Of a stretch of 64,000 bases of DNA, positions 1-13,496 are shown in pieces (position 1 is the stretch's first letter; each line of letters begins with the position of its first letter). Source of the stretch: Lama glama (lineage: Eukaryota); NCBI GenBank assembly GCA_028534125.1, contig CM052817.1, positions 93,002,001 through 93,066,000 on the forward strand. Direction: 5' to 3'. Under the pieces are notes generated by a model. That model was given only the letters and a program-made list of their open reading frames with translations, ran no database searches and had not been told where the DNA came from. The translations under genes and the position numbers were made by a program.

Positions 1-1299
1 TTAGGTAAAAAAAAAAAAATCAAAGTGCAAGCACTTTGTTAATTTAGAACTACAACACATCTAAAAAAATGTATTTTATTTGGTTTCCCCATTAACCTTA
101 TTTCTAGAGTTGAAAGATATGAAGTAAAATTTTTGAATAATAGAATATCAAAATAAGCTTGGAGATCATAAGCCAGTGTCTCATTTTACATATCAAGTAT
201 CTGAGGTTTTTCACTCTATTTCCAAGACATTACCCATGCAACTATGGTAGGAAGATGTCTCCATCAGAGAGTTGAATGTTGGTTCTGAAGAGCACTGCAG
301 GTGGGAAGTCTGTTCCTCCCTTTTCCCAACATGGCAGAAGGTCTGTTTTGATTAGCACTGCTGCCTGCTGAGTTCTTGTCCTAGCCTTGGGGTGTGTTGG
401 AAAAACATTTTATTTTCTTTCTGCTGTATGAATTGACAGGCTTTTCTTTAGCAATTATTTTGATGGCTCATATTCCTTACAATGAGGAAGTTACCATGAT
501 GGGATGCAGATGCTTAAATCCTTGCCCAAATCTGTGAAAGGCTGTATGGAGGAAGAGGAGGAGTTTGCTAAACCAGAGGAAAGTAGTCAGAGGGGCTTGA
601 CTGTGAAAGCAGTCATGGAGAGAGCTGGGGAGCATTCAGGAGACGACTGTGTCCAGGACTGGCTGGGGGTCAAGGCACTGACCCCGGGTTAAAGGTTCAC
701 AGATGATTCACACAACACTATAAACATGTCCGTTGGATGAATGAATACAGGAGCATTCCAGGCAAGACAGAACAGGGATGAGAAGGTGAAGCATAGAAAA
801 CTCTCACTCTGCAAAGGCAGAAACACTCATGGAGTTAAGCTGATAAAAGGCTCGTAAGCTCATACATAAAATTAAGTGAGCCATTAATGAGAAAGTCCCC
901 TAGAATCTCACCTATGTTAGACAAACCTTAAATAATTCATAATAATAAAAAAGAAATCAAGCCATTAGCTTCTCTTGTGAGAACACGATGTCTTCCAAGA
1001 GAAGACTACTGTTGGCCAGACATTCTATTAGAGTGAAGGGGACAATTCTTAATCTCAAAATAAATGTGGGAAAATATTCACCAAGGAAAACAGAGTTGAT
1101 CAAGTCAGATCCAACCACAGTGAGCTCCACAGGAGTGTTTAAATTCTTGGATTGCTCTAGAGCTCTGTTGCTCAGTTTCCTTGTGTATAAAATGGTATAT
1201 CATCATATAAATCTCCTAAGATTGCAGTCAGAGTGAAAACAAATGAAATATGCACAGCAGAGTCCCCTCCTTTCCCACAACACCTCCCTCCTACTAAAA

Positions 1300-1391
1300 C
1301 AGCAAAGTTGGGTAGTTGCGACAGAGACTTATGACCCCAAAGCCTAAAATATTTACTATCTGCCCCTCACAGGAAACAGTTTGTTGACCCC
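1300..1391. mobile_element. MER58A-like hAT-Charlie DNA transposon fragment
   Basis: 'cagagacttatgaccccaaagcctaaaatatttactatctgcccctcacaggaaacagtttgttgacccc' resembles the recalled MER58 terminus. Confidence 0.7.
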
Positions 1392-4045
1392 AATTTAAAT
1401 CAATAATAGTAAGTAAGTACTTGCACCTTGAGGACTCACTGAGCATCTAAAATTCTGAATTGCCTCCTATTTCATCTTAGTAAGAATGTTGGGCTAAAAG
1501 CTGGGTAAGGCTTACTGAATTAACCTAGAGCCTGTATTCTCTAGGAAACCACAATTTGCACTTGAAAGGAGCAATCTCAAGGATGCGCACGCTAACCCTG
1601 AGGTTCTCCAGGTTCTGGTACGTAAGAAATTATAGATCAGAAAGCTCCAACCCCTTGATTTCTTTGCTTTGTTTCTTCATGGCCATTCCTTTCAGAACCA
1701 TAATTTGAAAGGTTGACCTTGGTCCCCCAAAGAGCAATCCTGTATCTTAAATAGAACTCACGTTCAAGTATTTGTCCATTAGATCATGCAGTATTCTTTG
1801 GGGGAACTATGTTAAGGGAGGATTTTAGTTGACTATCTACAGTGACAGTAAGACTATGTCAGAAAAGTATGGGTAGTATTTCTACTTGCAATAAAGGAGT
1901 CTTGAATTCAATATCAGAGACAACTTAGTTCTTCCTGGTAAACTCCCATACTTTTATTTTTAGTTTGATGAGGGCTGAATAATTCTTCACGCTCCTGCGT
2001 TTGTTTCAGGCCTATGGAAAGACAGAAAAATGAAAGATTTGGAAGCAGTGAGCCAGCTGGACCTGAGGCTTCTCCCCTTAGAAACTCAAATTAAATGCCC
2101 CATAGCTCGTCAGGTGCCAGCTACCAGCAAACTGACGTTTCTCCACCTTCTAGGCTGCTCGTAGGTTCCTTTCATAATAAGAGAGCAAAGCCCCAAAGGG
2201 TGTCCAGCCAGACCCAGCCCAGGGCAACCACGGCACAGGAGGCAGAGACCCCAGGGGACCCATGAGTTACAGCCAGCACCTAGGGACACCGCATGCTCTC
2301 TTGAGTCCTTTTCTTAGGAAACTCAGCACTAAATTCTGTGGCAAAATGCCCTAGAGCTTACGGTGTAATCATTTCCGTGCGCATTATGGTTCTTATTTTT
2401 GCTTTTTTAAAATCATTACTTTAATGGTCCTATTATGTCTATTATTATAAGCCAGCTCAAATCTTTTCTGGAAATAGGGTATAAATAATAAATAAGTGAA
2501 ATAAATTCCTTTTCTTTGCCCAGCATGTGCTGTATACTTTGGAGGACACGAAAAAACATAATCACTGCTCGCTGGGAGATTTTATTGTCAATTGGGGAAT
2601 GAGAAATACACTCGTTAAACAACTAGAGGATATTTTAAGACTATTTATCATTTTTACTGCCAATTGCCTGATACAGACTGTCTATTAGAGAGATTCAGAA
2701 AAAGGCGGGTTCTATATAAACAGAATTAGTCAGAGAAAGCTTCATACACGGGTTGAGATACAGTCCGTTTAATGCCACATCTCCAGCCCAGAGCTCCCCG
2801 ACCAAGGTGTCAAGTTGATATCGATCCCTTCTTCCCCCAGGGTAGCCGAGGAGGCATGAAGCAGCATCTGGCTGGGAGCAGCCTGCTTTGAGCTTCAAAC
2901 TGCCCTTGATTTTACCTTAGTGGGTCACACCAGCACGATCATTTTCTTTGTGTGAAAAGCAGTCTCACGATTGGTCTAGGGAAAATGGAACTATCTAACT
3001 ATATTAATTTCAGCTTCTCATATCTGATTACATTCAGTAAGATTTCCCTTGAACAAAATTCAGCTAATCTGAATCTTTCTGGCTGAACTGTTGGCTTTGC
3101 AAACTGTTCCCCAAAATTCACAGTCTTGTAAAGTGAGTCACTGTGCCTGTTCGCTAGAAGCAATTTTGGCCAAATAAACAGTTCATTAGTTCATTTCCTG
3201 TGGGAATTCAGTAGGTACTTGTTAGTTGATTGTTGCTTCCGTAAAAATAATCTCTTTGCTTCCTACTACTATGTAAGCAAGCCTGCTGCCCATGGTTGAC
3301 AAGCATATACATATATATACAATCTGTATGTATGTATGTATGTATCAGAATAACACCTAATACCACTAAAAAAGAGGAAAATACACTTTGATTTATTAGC
3401 ATCAGGTTTCTAGCTGCACATCGGCCAGTTTGGTCAAAAGTTTAAATTCTTCCAGTGAATGGATTCTTTATCATTTTCCTCATCCAAATAGTAAGTATCT
3501 TCACATCATAGAACTAAGTTGGTGACAACCAAAATAAACAGAAAAAAATTCCAAATGTTCTTGGCTGGCAATGTTAAGAATCTATAAACATGAGAAAATA
3601 ATCAACAATTTAGTAAAAGAAAATGGCGAAATAAGGAAAAGAAAAAGAAAAACTGAATGTTGCAACAATGTTCTGAGCACCATAGCCTTCAATGGTGAGG
3701 AAGAGACTCTAGATTTAGTTTTCTAGAAAATTCCCCAGCTCTGCAGGTATGTGCCAAAAAGCCTTCAGAGAAGAACCTAGTAGCTTGCAGGTAAAGGTGC
3801 CTGGTGAGGCAGCCTTATGCATCCTCTGTGAACGCTTCAAAGTTCACATCCTACACAAATGCAGAAGTGATTTTGTTTCTTTCCTTATTTTAATATGAAT
3901 TTTCTGTCTTAAAAAAAACCCCACATACTATTCTGTAATTAACTCCAACTTCTTTTAGTGAATTTTCTATAGTCAATAGAAAATACCAACTCCCAATTAT
4001 TCAGATGTTATGATTTTTTTTTTATGTTTACAATGAAGCCTAGCT

Positions 4046-4354
4046 GAGGGATTGGCAAATTTCTTCTAAAGGACCAGATAGTAAACATTTAGGCTTTGTG
4101 GACAATATCTTCTGTGTTGCAACTATTCCACTTTGCTGTTATAGGGGAAAACAGACAAAGACACTATATTTACAATGGCTGTGATTTGATTTATGGACAC
4201 TGACATTTGAATTTCACATAATTTTTACATGTCACCAAAGAGTATTCTTCTTTTGATTTTTTTCAACCATTTTCAAATATAAAAATGTTCTTATCTTGTG
4301 GGCTGCAGAAAAGCTAGCTGTTTTGGGTCTGCTAGACATGGTTTGCTGTCCTGG
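4046..4354. mobile_element. MER58B-like hAT-Charlie MITE, near full length
   Basis: Starts 'gggattggcaaatttcttctaaaggaccagatagtaaacatttaggctttgtgg', has internal 'tttgaatttcacataattttt', ends 'gtttgctgtcctg'. Confidence 0.7.
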
Positions 4355-6214
4355 CTGGATCACTGGTTTGTAATTTGTGGCTCATAAACCAGTCTGGTGG
4401 GTGGGAGAGGAGAGATTTGAGCACAGAATTATTACAAACAATCTTCTAATAAAACATTGTCTCTAGACTGGAGAAATGACCTATCTCATGTACATACTAT
4501 CTCCTTTTCAAATGTATGTGAGTGTAATTGAAATTAGTAAAATAAAAATCATAGTACCTTCAAGGGGGTTAACAAGGTAGTATAAGATAGTCTTTAATCC
4601 ACCTATTCCTAAGAGCTGCTTTGTTTTATGTTTGTTCACTGAGAGTTTAGTAGTTCTAGTCTTTAGAACAAAATTAGGCACACTCGGAAGAATAAAGATG
4701 AATGGAAGGAGAAAGGAAGAAAGAAAAGAATGAAGACATGGAGTAAGGGAGGGAATAACAGAGGCAGAAGAAGACCTGAACAAGGCAAGACACAAAGAGC
4801 AAGATCTTATTGGAAAAAGACACCAAGCAATTAAAAGAGAGAGAGAGGGAGCCAGCCATTGCTTTTAGTAAAGCTCTCATATGTTTGGAGTCATGATTCC
4901 TAATCTTTCCAGACAGCTAAAAGGATAGCATTAAAGAGTCTAGACAATAGAGTCACAAATATGATTCACTTCCTAAGTAACTTTTTAAATCTAGATTATT
5001 CCTTCATTAACATGCAAAATCTCCCAGGGTGTCAGAAATGCCAGCCTTTATGTCAAACGCAAACTTTTAAATTTGGGGAGAAAAGAAGGAACAAACTGAA
5101 AGGACTTCGAGTGCTAGAAAGATTATAATTATGTTAATAATATGATAAAAAATTAATGGCCGTGATAAGAAGTTCACTTTGGTATCTCATCGGAAAGATG
5201 CAGTTAATGTGGCAAGTTCAGAGAGAAAAGAGCATCTCCAGATACTGGAGAAAATAAAAAGCATGATGTTTACAGAGAACCCTAATTATAGATATGTTTG
5301 ATTATGGCCAGTGTAATTTATTATGTAACTAAATTGCTAGCCAAAAAACCTGAAATCCAGCTGTGAACAAATATGCTGACATTTAAATATGTGTCAAAAA
5401 ACAACAGCATATGAATTTATCATGTCATAGAACTTATTACAGGTTACCACATAACCTGATCCTAATTTTAATCTTACTCCTTAAAATACATGTAAATATA
5501 ATTTATACTAATTCTATGCTTTCTGCATATTGAAATAATACATATGTATGTGTGTATATATCTTTATTGGTTTCCATTGTGCAAATAAAATCCACTATAA
5601 AAATTAAATTGGATACATTCAAGAATTTAAAAATTGAGAGAATGAAAAAATTGGAATGAAAAAAAGAGAGAAGATAAACAGAGACATTAAGAAAGCAAAA
5701 TAAAAAGGAGTAGGACCAATAGGAGAAGGAAGGGAAAAGAGGACCCTGGATGTTGGAGTCCTGACGATAGAGAGAGGAAATATTGCTGTTTTACTCTTTC
5801 AAGGCACCATCTCTGGAGAAAAGGTGTGGCAAGCATAATTATCTATGAAGAATTAAAGAGGATTTGAACACAGTATTTTAAGACACTTGGCTCTACAAAC
5901 TTAGTTCTGCACCTTCTATTGAGATTCCTTTGACTGCAAGGCTCTGGTACACTCAGTGGAGGAGAGGAAGAATTTATGATTAAAGCAATTTACCTTAAGA
6001 CGTGATGGAGAGGTGGGAGGGATGTTGCCAGATTATTTATAAAGGATGTTTTCAGACCTCTGGTAAAAGGTAAGCAATATGGACTTTACTCTTTAAAGGA
6101 TGCTCTTCTTAGAACACGTTAGTGTTAAAATAGCACAGGTAGCACACATGTTTTCAATAAGCGTATTTACTACTTTTCCTCTCCCATCCTTGTCCCTCTG
6201 ATGTGCTGTTTGCT

Positions 6215-6530
6215 AACAGCAAAACTGCCTAGTTGCTCCCTCAATATCTGCTCTCCTTTCTCCTACAGCAAGAGAAGTTTCAGCAGGGGACATAGTCTCA
6301 GAGCTGAAGACAGAATTTCCCAGCCCTCCTCACTGCCAGTCCATGTGACTAGGTTCTGGCCCAAAAAGCGTGAGTGGAAATGACTGCAATTTCCGATTCC
6401 ACCTTTCTAAAGAATAGAGCATTCTCTCCCACCACTTCTGCTCCTTCCAAGATCTCCCCTTTCCTTGAAGGCCATGGGATGGCAGAAGCTTGAGCAACTT
6501 CATTCCTTCCCCACCTCTATCCCCATGACT
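6215..6530. mobile_element. Old ERVL-class LTR fragment (LTR16/LTR33-like)
   Basis: Motif 'ttcccagccctcc...ccatgtgactaggttctggccc...gtggaaatg'. Confidence 0.5.
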
Positions 6531-7384
6531 GTATGTTATATTTCTCCCATAGCATAGATTGCCTCCTAGTAATATCACACATGAAACGATTTAAGTAAAA
6601 ATATTATCAGTTACTCATCAGATTCACCACTGTCACTCTTCTGTAGGAAAGAGTGGGGTTTTTTATTTTTCTGTTTTGCTTCCCTAGCTCCTAAAACACC
6701 TTAAGATACATAGAATGTGCTCAATAAATAATTGTTGAATAAATGAATATTCTTATGAGGAGAACCAGGAGAGCCTGGAAAATAGGAAATTTATAGATAC
6801 TCTTGAAATCTATGGCAGCAACATGTGGTCTGGATTATTACCTACAAAGAAATTGTTTTAGATCTTTGCATAAATACTGTTTTTTGACATGCCTACTCTG
6901 TAATTTCCCGTTCTGAATTTTTGTTTGCTTGTTAATTATAGACTAAGGTAGTATAAGGGAAAAAAGAGGAAAAGGCATAAACCAGCTCTAGGATTTTTTT
7001 TTTCTTTCAATCAAAGCCCACAGGAGAAAGCAAACTGGAATTTCACACAAATAAGACACAAAAGATTTTATTGTTATTTTTCTTTTCTTTGTTCTAGACA
7101 TAGAAACATAAACTGTTAGATTCTGGCTTTGGAAATTAAGCACAGAAACTTTAAACGTTGTTTAGTAAATACAATAAATAATAAATTTGCTTCAATGTAT
7201 TGCATAACTATTTTAGGGGTCTGAATTTGGACACAGAAGAAAAGGAATAGGAAAAAATGTGAAAAGAAATGAAGGAAAAATGAGACAGGAAAAGAGAACT
7301 ATATTTGGATTAGGCAAGCAAAGAGTGGTATAAAGGAAGACAAATTTACACACATTACATACAGAGAGCTATTTATACTATTTC

Positions 7385-7645
7385 ATTTATACATGTAGAA
7401 ATATAAAATAAAAATATGAAAGAAAAGAAAAAATATATATCAGAAATAAAATATGAAAATGATATATAACATAGATTAAATAAAGTACAAATAAAATAAA
7501 AATTTGTTATATAAATAAAATAATATATAAAATATATAAACATAAATATATAAATAACAAATATAAATAAATGTAAAATATTTAAGTAAAATATAAGAGA
7601 AATATTAAAAATATAAAAAATAAAATAAAAAAGATATAAGATAAA
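7385..7645. repeat. A/T-rich low-complexity tract
   Basis: Almost only A and T, with degenerate (TAAAA)n/(TA)n units. Confidence 0.85.
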
Positions 7646-7949
7646 TCCTCATTTATTTTAGACTGCCACATTGTGCTCTATAGGGTGGTAACACTGTAAT
7701 TTCTTCAGTCACTGCATGACAAACAACACTTTAGTGAAAATCCTCTTGTCTGCAAAAGTTGCCAGGCATTGGAGACACTAAGGCATAGAATATATGCAAT
7801 TTAAAAAATTTTAGTAGATACTATCAAAATTACTGTTCACAGTCAGAACCCCCGTAGGAACATCGCACAGCTCTAGGTGTTACTCCCCACCCGTCACGGA
7901 GAATATACAACAACTAGCTCCATTTCATTAGGGGATGTTAAGTCAGGAA

Positions 7950-8385
7950 GAAATAATTGCAGGGCGTGCTATGGTATACAGAGTGGTCAAGGAAGGCTTT
8001 TTTGATAAGATGGCACATAGATAAAGACCTAAGGGCTGTGAGAGAGTAAAGCATATGGATACCTGTGGGAATGGTGTGCAAAGAGCATAAACAGCAACAA
8101 AGCCTGTGAGGCTGGAGGGAGGAATGAGGAGGAAGAGGTAGAAGAAGCGATCAGGAGTTGCCGGGACCTCAGTATGGTTTCTGAGTTTTACTCTGTTACA
8201 CGGGAAGTTTAGAGCAGAGGAGTGACATGGCCTACCTGTAAAGGCAGCTGTATTGAGAGCAGAGTCTGAAAGAGAAACATAGAAGGAGGGGCCAGGGGCC
8301 CAGCTATCGTCATAATCCTGGCCAGGGATGGTGATGGCTGGAACTGGGAGGTCGCAGCAGGCATGACGGAAGTGGTCATGTTCTT
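7950..8385 (-). mobile_element. L2 LINE fragment
   Basis: Purine-rich antisense L2 motifs 'gtggtcaaggaaggc', 'gagcagaggagtgacatg', 'gatggtgatggctggaact'. Confidence 0.65.
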
Positions 8386-9359
8386 AATTCCAATCAAATT
8401 CTTTTCTTTCTTTCTCTTCATGTGCGTAAGTTTTTCATTATAAATGCACAGAATAGTTTTACCTACACAAAAGATGCACATCAAAATATGTGCCAAAAGC
8501 AATACTCAATGAAAATGAACAAGTGAAAGGAAGTTTTCCATAGAGTATCCTTTTATTGCTGTCTTGGAGTAGACAGATCCAAAACCAAGCAACCAGTAGA
8601 CCTTAAAGATCAATCATCCTCATTCCTTAAAATCAAGTCTATGTTGTTTTTAGCCTGCAAAAGCCCAAATAATACTCCTTTTTTTTTCCCTTACCATACT
8701 TACTAAAAGCAGCCAAGCACAATAGTTACAGACGGCAGCTGCTAATGACAAAGTGGGTCTTTGGAGAGTGATTTAGTAATTCTTTAGTGTCAAAAGTCCC
8801 ATAAAAAATGACAATGGGAGACAAAAGAATTTTTAATTGTATTAGAAGTTTTGACCAGTATCAACATCTCTCCTGAGAAGAATTTATATTTACAGTTGAA
8901 CCAAATTACCCCTCTACAGGGAATGGTAAATGGAGTAAGTGTGGTAGTTGTGGTAGTGGTGTGCATGCGTGTGTGTGTGTGTCTAAATAACCTCCTGCTA
9001 AGTACTAAAAATACTCCCAAAGTGTCAAGGTTTGTTTTTACTATCAAAGTAAGCAGATATTACTTTGAAAAGTAATTTATCTTCAGTTAATCACAGTACT
9101 TGCTTTTTTTTTTTTCAAATAAACCACTGAAGTGGACATATTCTGAAACACTAATAGGCTTGATATACTGAGCCATCAACTGTTTAAATCCCTTTCTTTT
9201 CAATCTATGCAGTGACTCTGCAGGGGTAAAAATAAAACAGGCCTCTGCTCATTCAGCAGCCCTAGAGAAAGCCTTCTCCCTGACTATTAATTTCTCATGG
9301 TATGACACGAGCCTGTTTTTGTCCCAGGCTACTTCCTCCTGATCTTAATGAAAATGGCA

Positions 9360-9525
9360 AATAGTTATAGAGCATTTATTATATGCGTGGCTTTGCACGA
9401 AGACTTAACATAAATTAGTTCATTCTATTATCACAATAATTATGATTAAACCCGTTTTAGGTGTGGAAATTGCAGCCAGAAAGGTTAAGCAACATTCCCA
9501 AGGTCTCTGAATGCAATTGGTAGAG
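9360..9525 (-). mobile_element. MIR SINE
   Basis: Antisense core 'ccgttttaggtgtggaaattgcagccagaaaggttaagcaacattcccaaggtc'. Confidence 0.6.
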
Positions 9526-10444
9526 TGTATTGGCAGTGGGAGCGCAGAGACCCCTCACCCATTATGCCACAGTCCTCTGATCTACGTTCCAAAGATTATT
9601 CTCCGACATTTTTGCAAACTATAGCACATCGTCGTCTCTGGTCTCATATCTCCTGTTCAACTTTATCCTTCACCTTTCAGACTCATTGATAGGGTCCTTC
9701 TGTCTTGACTTTAACAGGATGTCATTTCATTTCTCTCACTTTTTTGAACCATGATAATTCACTTGCAAGAGAATGTATTAAAAACTCAGCATGTGACTGA
9801 CAAGGAGCCGTAGACCTTGAAGGGGCTTTATCTTCCTGTTTGTGATACCATCTAATCTGATCTGGCAACAAAACTGACAGAGCACAACCAATCTCATTTT
9901 TTTCCCCCAGTGGCCCATCCAATAAAGACAAAAACGTAAATCATTTGGTATGTGTGGATATACACATAAATAGAATTTTTCAACTCCCCATCTCCACCCC
10001 AGCCATCCCTTTCACCATTACGACAGCTGCTAAGCTTTTCCCATCATGTGCAAGATTCATTTCCATCAGTTCTCTCTGAACTTGTCTTTCATGGGTGAGG
10101 ACCTAAGTGCCCTTAGATCCTGTTATTCTCTTGTCTTGTCCATGTCAGTTGCTCTGATGACCCCATGGCGATAGGAAAAAGATAGTTAAGATCACAGGAG
10201 AGAAGGGCAAATAAATAGGAAGAGAAGAAGCTACTGTGGAACATAGGAAGTTGGAAGTCAGATGTTTTAAGGGTATTCATTTTTGGTTATCAGGACCTGG
10301 TTTTTTAGAGTAGTGATAATTTTATTTCCTTGCATTTTTTTTCAGTTCTTATCTACATATTTTGGCCTTGTAAAAGGAATATAGCCTGGTTAAAAAGATT
10401 TTTTTTAAGAAAGGCTACATCACAGCTTTGATGGTTGATTTCCA

Positions 10445-10585
10445 AGCAACTTATTTAACTTATCTCAGCCATAGGTTTTTCATCTATAAAGCGGAGATGA
10501 CTACACATACAAAAAAGGTGTTGTAAAGAGTAAATTAAAGTTATGTATATAAAAAAATCTAGGACAGAGGCTGGAACATAGTATT
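10445..10585 (+). mobile_element. MIR SINE
   Basis: Degenerate core 'ttatttaacttatctcagccataggtttttcatctataaagcggagatga'. Confidence 0.55.
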
Positions 10586-11868
10586 TATAAATGCAAACAC
10601 ATACATGTTTCAGTAGACATATGTGATCATTTTGCATGTTCATGCATGATCATTTCATATTTAATATGGATTTATAATTATGATGACATGTATAAACTTG
10701 GACATATTATCTAGAGAATAATAACTTTTATTAGCATTGAGTATATATCCATTAGCAGAAAGAAAAAAAATGATTTGAAGGATTAGTTCACTTCTTGTTT
10801 AATAAAGAGAGATTAAAAAATAAAGCAAGCCTGAAAACGCCACACTTCCAAGTGAGAAGCTGTGATATTATTTCAGAAGAATTTCATTAAATTCTAATAA
10901 TTAACAAGCATAAATTAATACACAAGGATTTCAAATCTAATTCTAGGCAAGCTGAAGAGATACTATAACCCCTAATAAAGTTTTCACATCCTGAATTGAT
11001 TTTTCAACAAAACTAAATTTCAGCAAAATACGTCTTCTATTTGGTTTCTCATCACTCATTCAATGATATTTCCCCTTGGCAGGGAAGATTTCAAGAAAGA
11101 TTGCTGGTGAATGCTAAAATAAGGTAAAAGCTTTCCTTCACTTCAGATATATGCCCTTTCATGCCACTACTTTATTTGCTTATTAAAGGTCTTATAGGCA
11201 TGTGGCTATGAAATAAGTATACCACACAAAAATGCAAGGTCTCCCTTTTAAGTCAACCATAGCTACCACCTTCTTTCCTTTCAGAAATGAAAAGCATTCT
11301 TTGCTAGAGTTTCTAGGACTCACCATGAGATGGTGGGCAAAATGTTACCCAACAACAAACCACTTATGTTTCTCCTCTACAAAACAAGATGAGACTAGAT
11401 TTTTCTCTATAATCCTCCCAACTTTTTTTCACACTTATTAGACAGATATTAAACAATTAATTACTCTGAACTAGGAGTCCAGAGACAGAGAGAAAGATGA
11501 ATATACATGGCCCGTCCTCAAAGGATTTATGATCTGCTAAATCCATCATCAAGGCAGCGAGGCTCCATCCATAGGTCAGTCCTCTTCTCATAAAAGAAGG
11601 AAGTGTGTCCCAGAGCCTCAGTGCTCTCACTGACCACAGAGGACCATCTTGTAAACTGATAGCAGGTGAGAGGGTGGGTGTGACTGACCTTCACTAATCG
11701 CAATCGCCAGGAAAGAAAAGCTGTGCTCTTATCCCACGAGTCGACATCTTTGGTTTCTTTGCGAAACAGAGATTACAACATTTCTGAAATATACTTATTG
11801 CTTCAGATGACTTTGAGTACAGTTTGAATACTTCTGGGTTGGTTTGTTCTCATACGGGTCCACCTTCC

Positions 11869-12368
11869 NNNNNNNNNNNNNNNNNNNNNNNNNNNNNNNN
11901 NNNNNNNNNNNNNNNNNNNNNNNNNNNNNNNNNNNNNNNNNNNNNNNNNNNNNNNNNNNNNNNNNNNNNNNNNNNNNNNNNNNNNNNNNNNNNNNNNNNN
12001 NNNNNNNNNNNNNNNNNNNNNNNNNNNNNNNNNNNNNNNNNNNNNNNNNNNNNNNNNNNNNNNNNNNNNNNNNNNNNNNNNNNNNNNNNNNNNNNNNNNN
12101 NNNNNNNNNNNNNNNNNNNNNNNNNNNNNNNNNNNNNNNNNNNNNNNNNNNNNNNNNNNNNNNNNNNNNNNNNNNNNNNNNNNNNNNNNNNNNNNNNNNN
12201 NNNNNNNNNNNNNNNNNNNNNNNNNNNNNNNNNNNNNNNNNNNNNNNNNNNNNNNNNNNNNNNNNNNNNNNNNNNNNNNNNNNNNNNNNNNNNNNNNNNN
12301 NNNNNNNNNNNNNNNNNNNNNNNNNNNNNNNNNNNNNNNNNNNNNNNNNNNNNNNNNNNNNNNNNNNN
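11869..12368. other. Assembly gap, 500 N
   Basis: Run of 500 N. Confidence 0.99.
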
Positions 12369-12618
12369 CTCATTTTTTCTCCCATTTTATCAACTTCCTT
12401 AAAATGTAATGAGATAAACTTTTCAGAGCATAATATTTTACTCTATGATTATGTATTTACTCCTCAATCAAGCAGTAGGTAATTATTGGAAATCTACTCT
12501 GTGTTAAGACATAGTAATGTATGATGAATTTAAACTTGAGAAAATTTAAAATTTTGGATTTTAACATTGTCACCAAGAAATTGGATTTTAGTGAGTAATG
12601 CAGATCTGTGAAAGAGAG

Positions 12619-12620
12619 CA

Positions 12621-12652
<32 letters not shown>

Positions 12653-12665
12653 ACACACACACACG
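12619..12665. repeat. (CA)n microsatellite
   Basis: About 22 CA units with one interruption. Confidence 0.95.
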
Positions 12666-13001
12666 CTCACAGTCTCTCTGTGTTCTGTGATCTTTAAACA
12701 AAACTTAAATAAATGAAAACATGTTGACCCTAAGGGACATAAACAAAAGTCTGTGCTCTTCATGGCTTGTTGATGCTAAAAGTGGAATTAAAGTCAAGAA
12801 AAAAAAGAATTTTTTTTTTTTGGCTTGGACCTTCTCTCCTCATTTCCCATAGCAAATCCAGCCAGCACTCCTTGGGACGAGCTCAGTGATGAGACAGTTG
12901 GAAGGCAGAAACCTTAGGAATTGATCCAATTAAAAGTGAAAGGAGAAGAACTGGCTGGTTGCCTTCTTACCCCATCTGACCCACCGTGGAAGCATCGAGA
13001 T

Positions 13002-13496
13002 CTACACCCCTTGGTCGCTGCGCCAGCTAACGTTCACCACCCATTTGGTAGTTAGGACAGACTTGCGCAGATCCCATTTTGATAAACTTGAATAGCATAG
13101 CTGATTTAGGGAAGGTAGCACTTTTAGCAGATTGGGGGGAAACTTTTCCAGAGTAGCACAGTAATGCTCTAACATATATGAGGTTATATTGTGCCTGTCC
13201 CTTCTCTCCTCCGAGTCGTGACCGCTAGTATCATCTATACACACGTGGATCCAGACCACATGCCTTAGATCTCCGGAGCATGAATTGGTCTCCCACAGAG
13301 CCTCAGACTTAGCAAAGCGTCCGGTTCCGTCTTCTTCACTATTGGGTCCACATTCAAAGCACATAGTATCCTTCAGCTCTGCTCCAGAAGAGGCTTCCCA
13401 TGTTATATTGACTATATGCAGTGCTGTGGAGTTACAAAGATTAGGCGCTAAGAGGCTTGGATTCTGGTCTGCTACCTTTGGGATGAAACTTAAAAT
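13002..13496 (-). other. Orphan 164-codon open frame (120 aa from first ATG at 13364); candidate foreign/virus-derived coding segment or unannotated exon
   Basis: Frame open from TGA (13497-13499) to TAG (13002-13004); about 15 CpG in 470 bp; 6 of 12 Leu codons after the ATG are CTA; no repeat or protein homology recognised. Confidence 0.35.

Noticed and set aside
11795..12482. 192-212 aa ORFs in the track
   Set aside because: Artefacts of translating through Ns
12809..12821. T-run as the poly-A tail of a retroposed 13-kb insert
   Set aside because: No minus-strand polyadenylation signal and no convincing TSD on the other side
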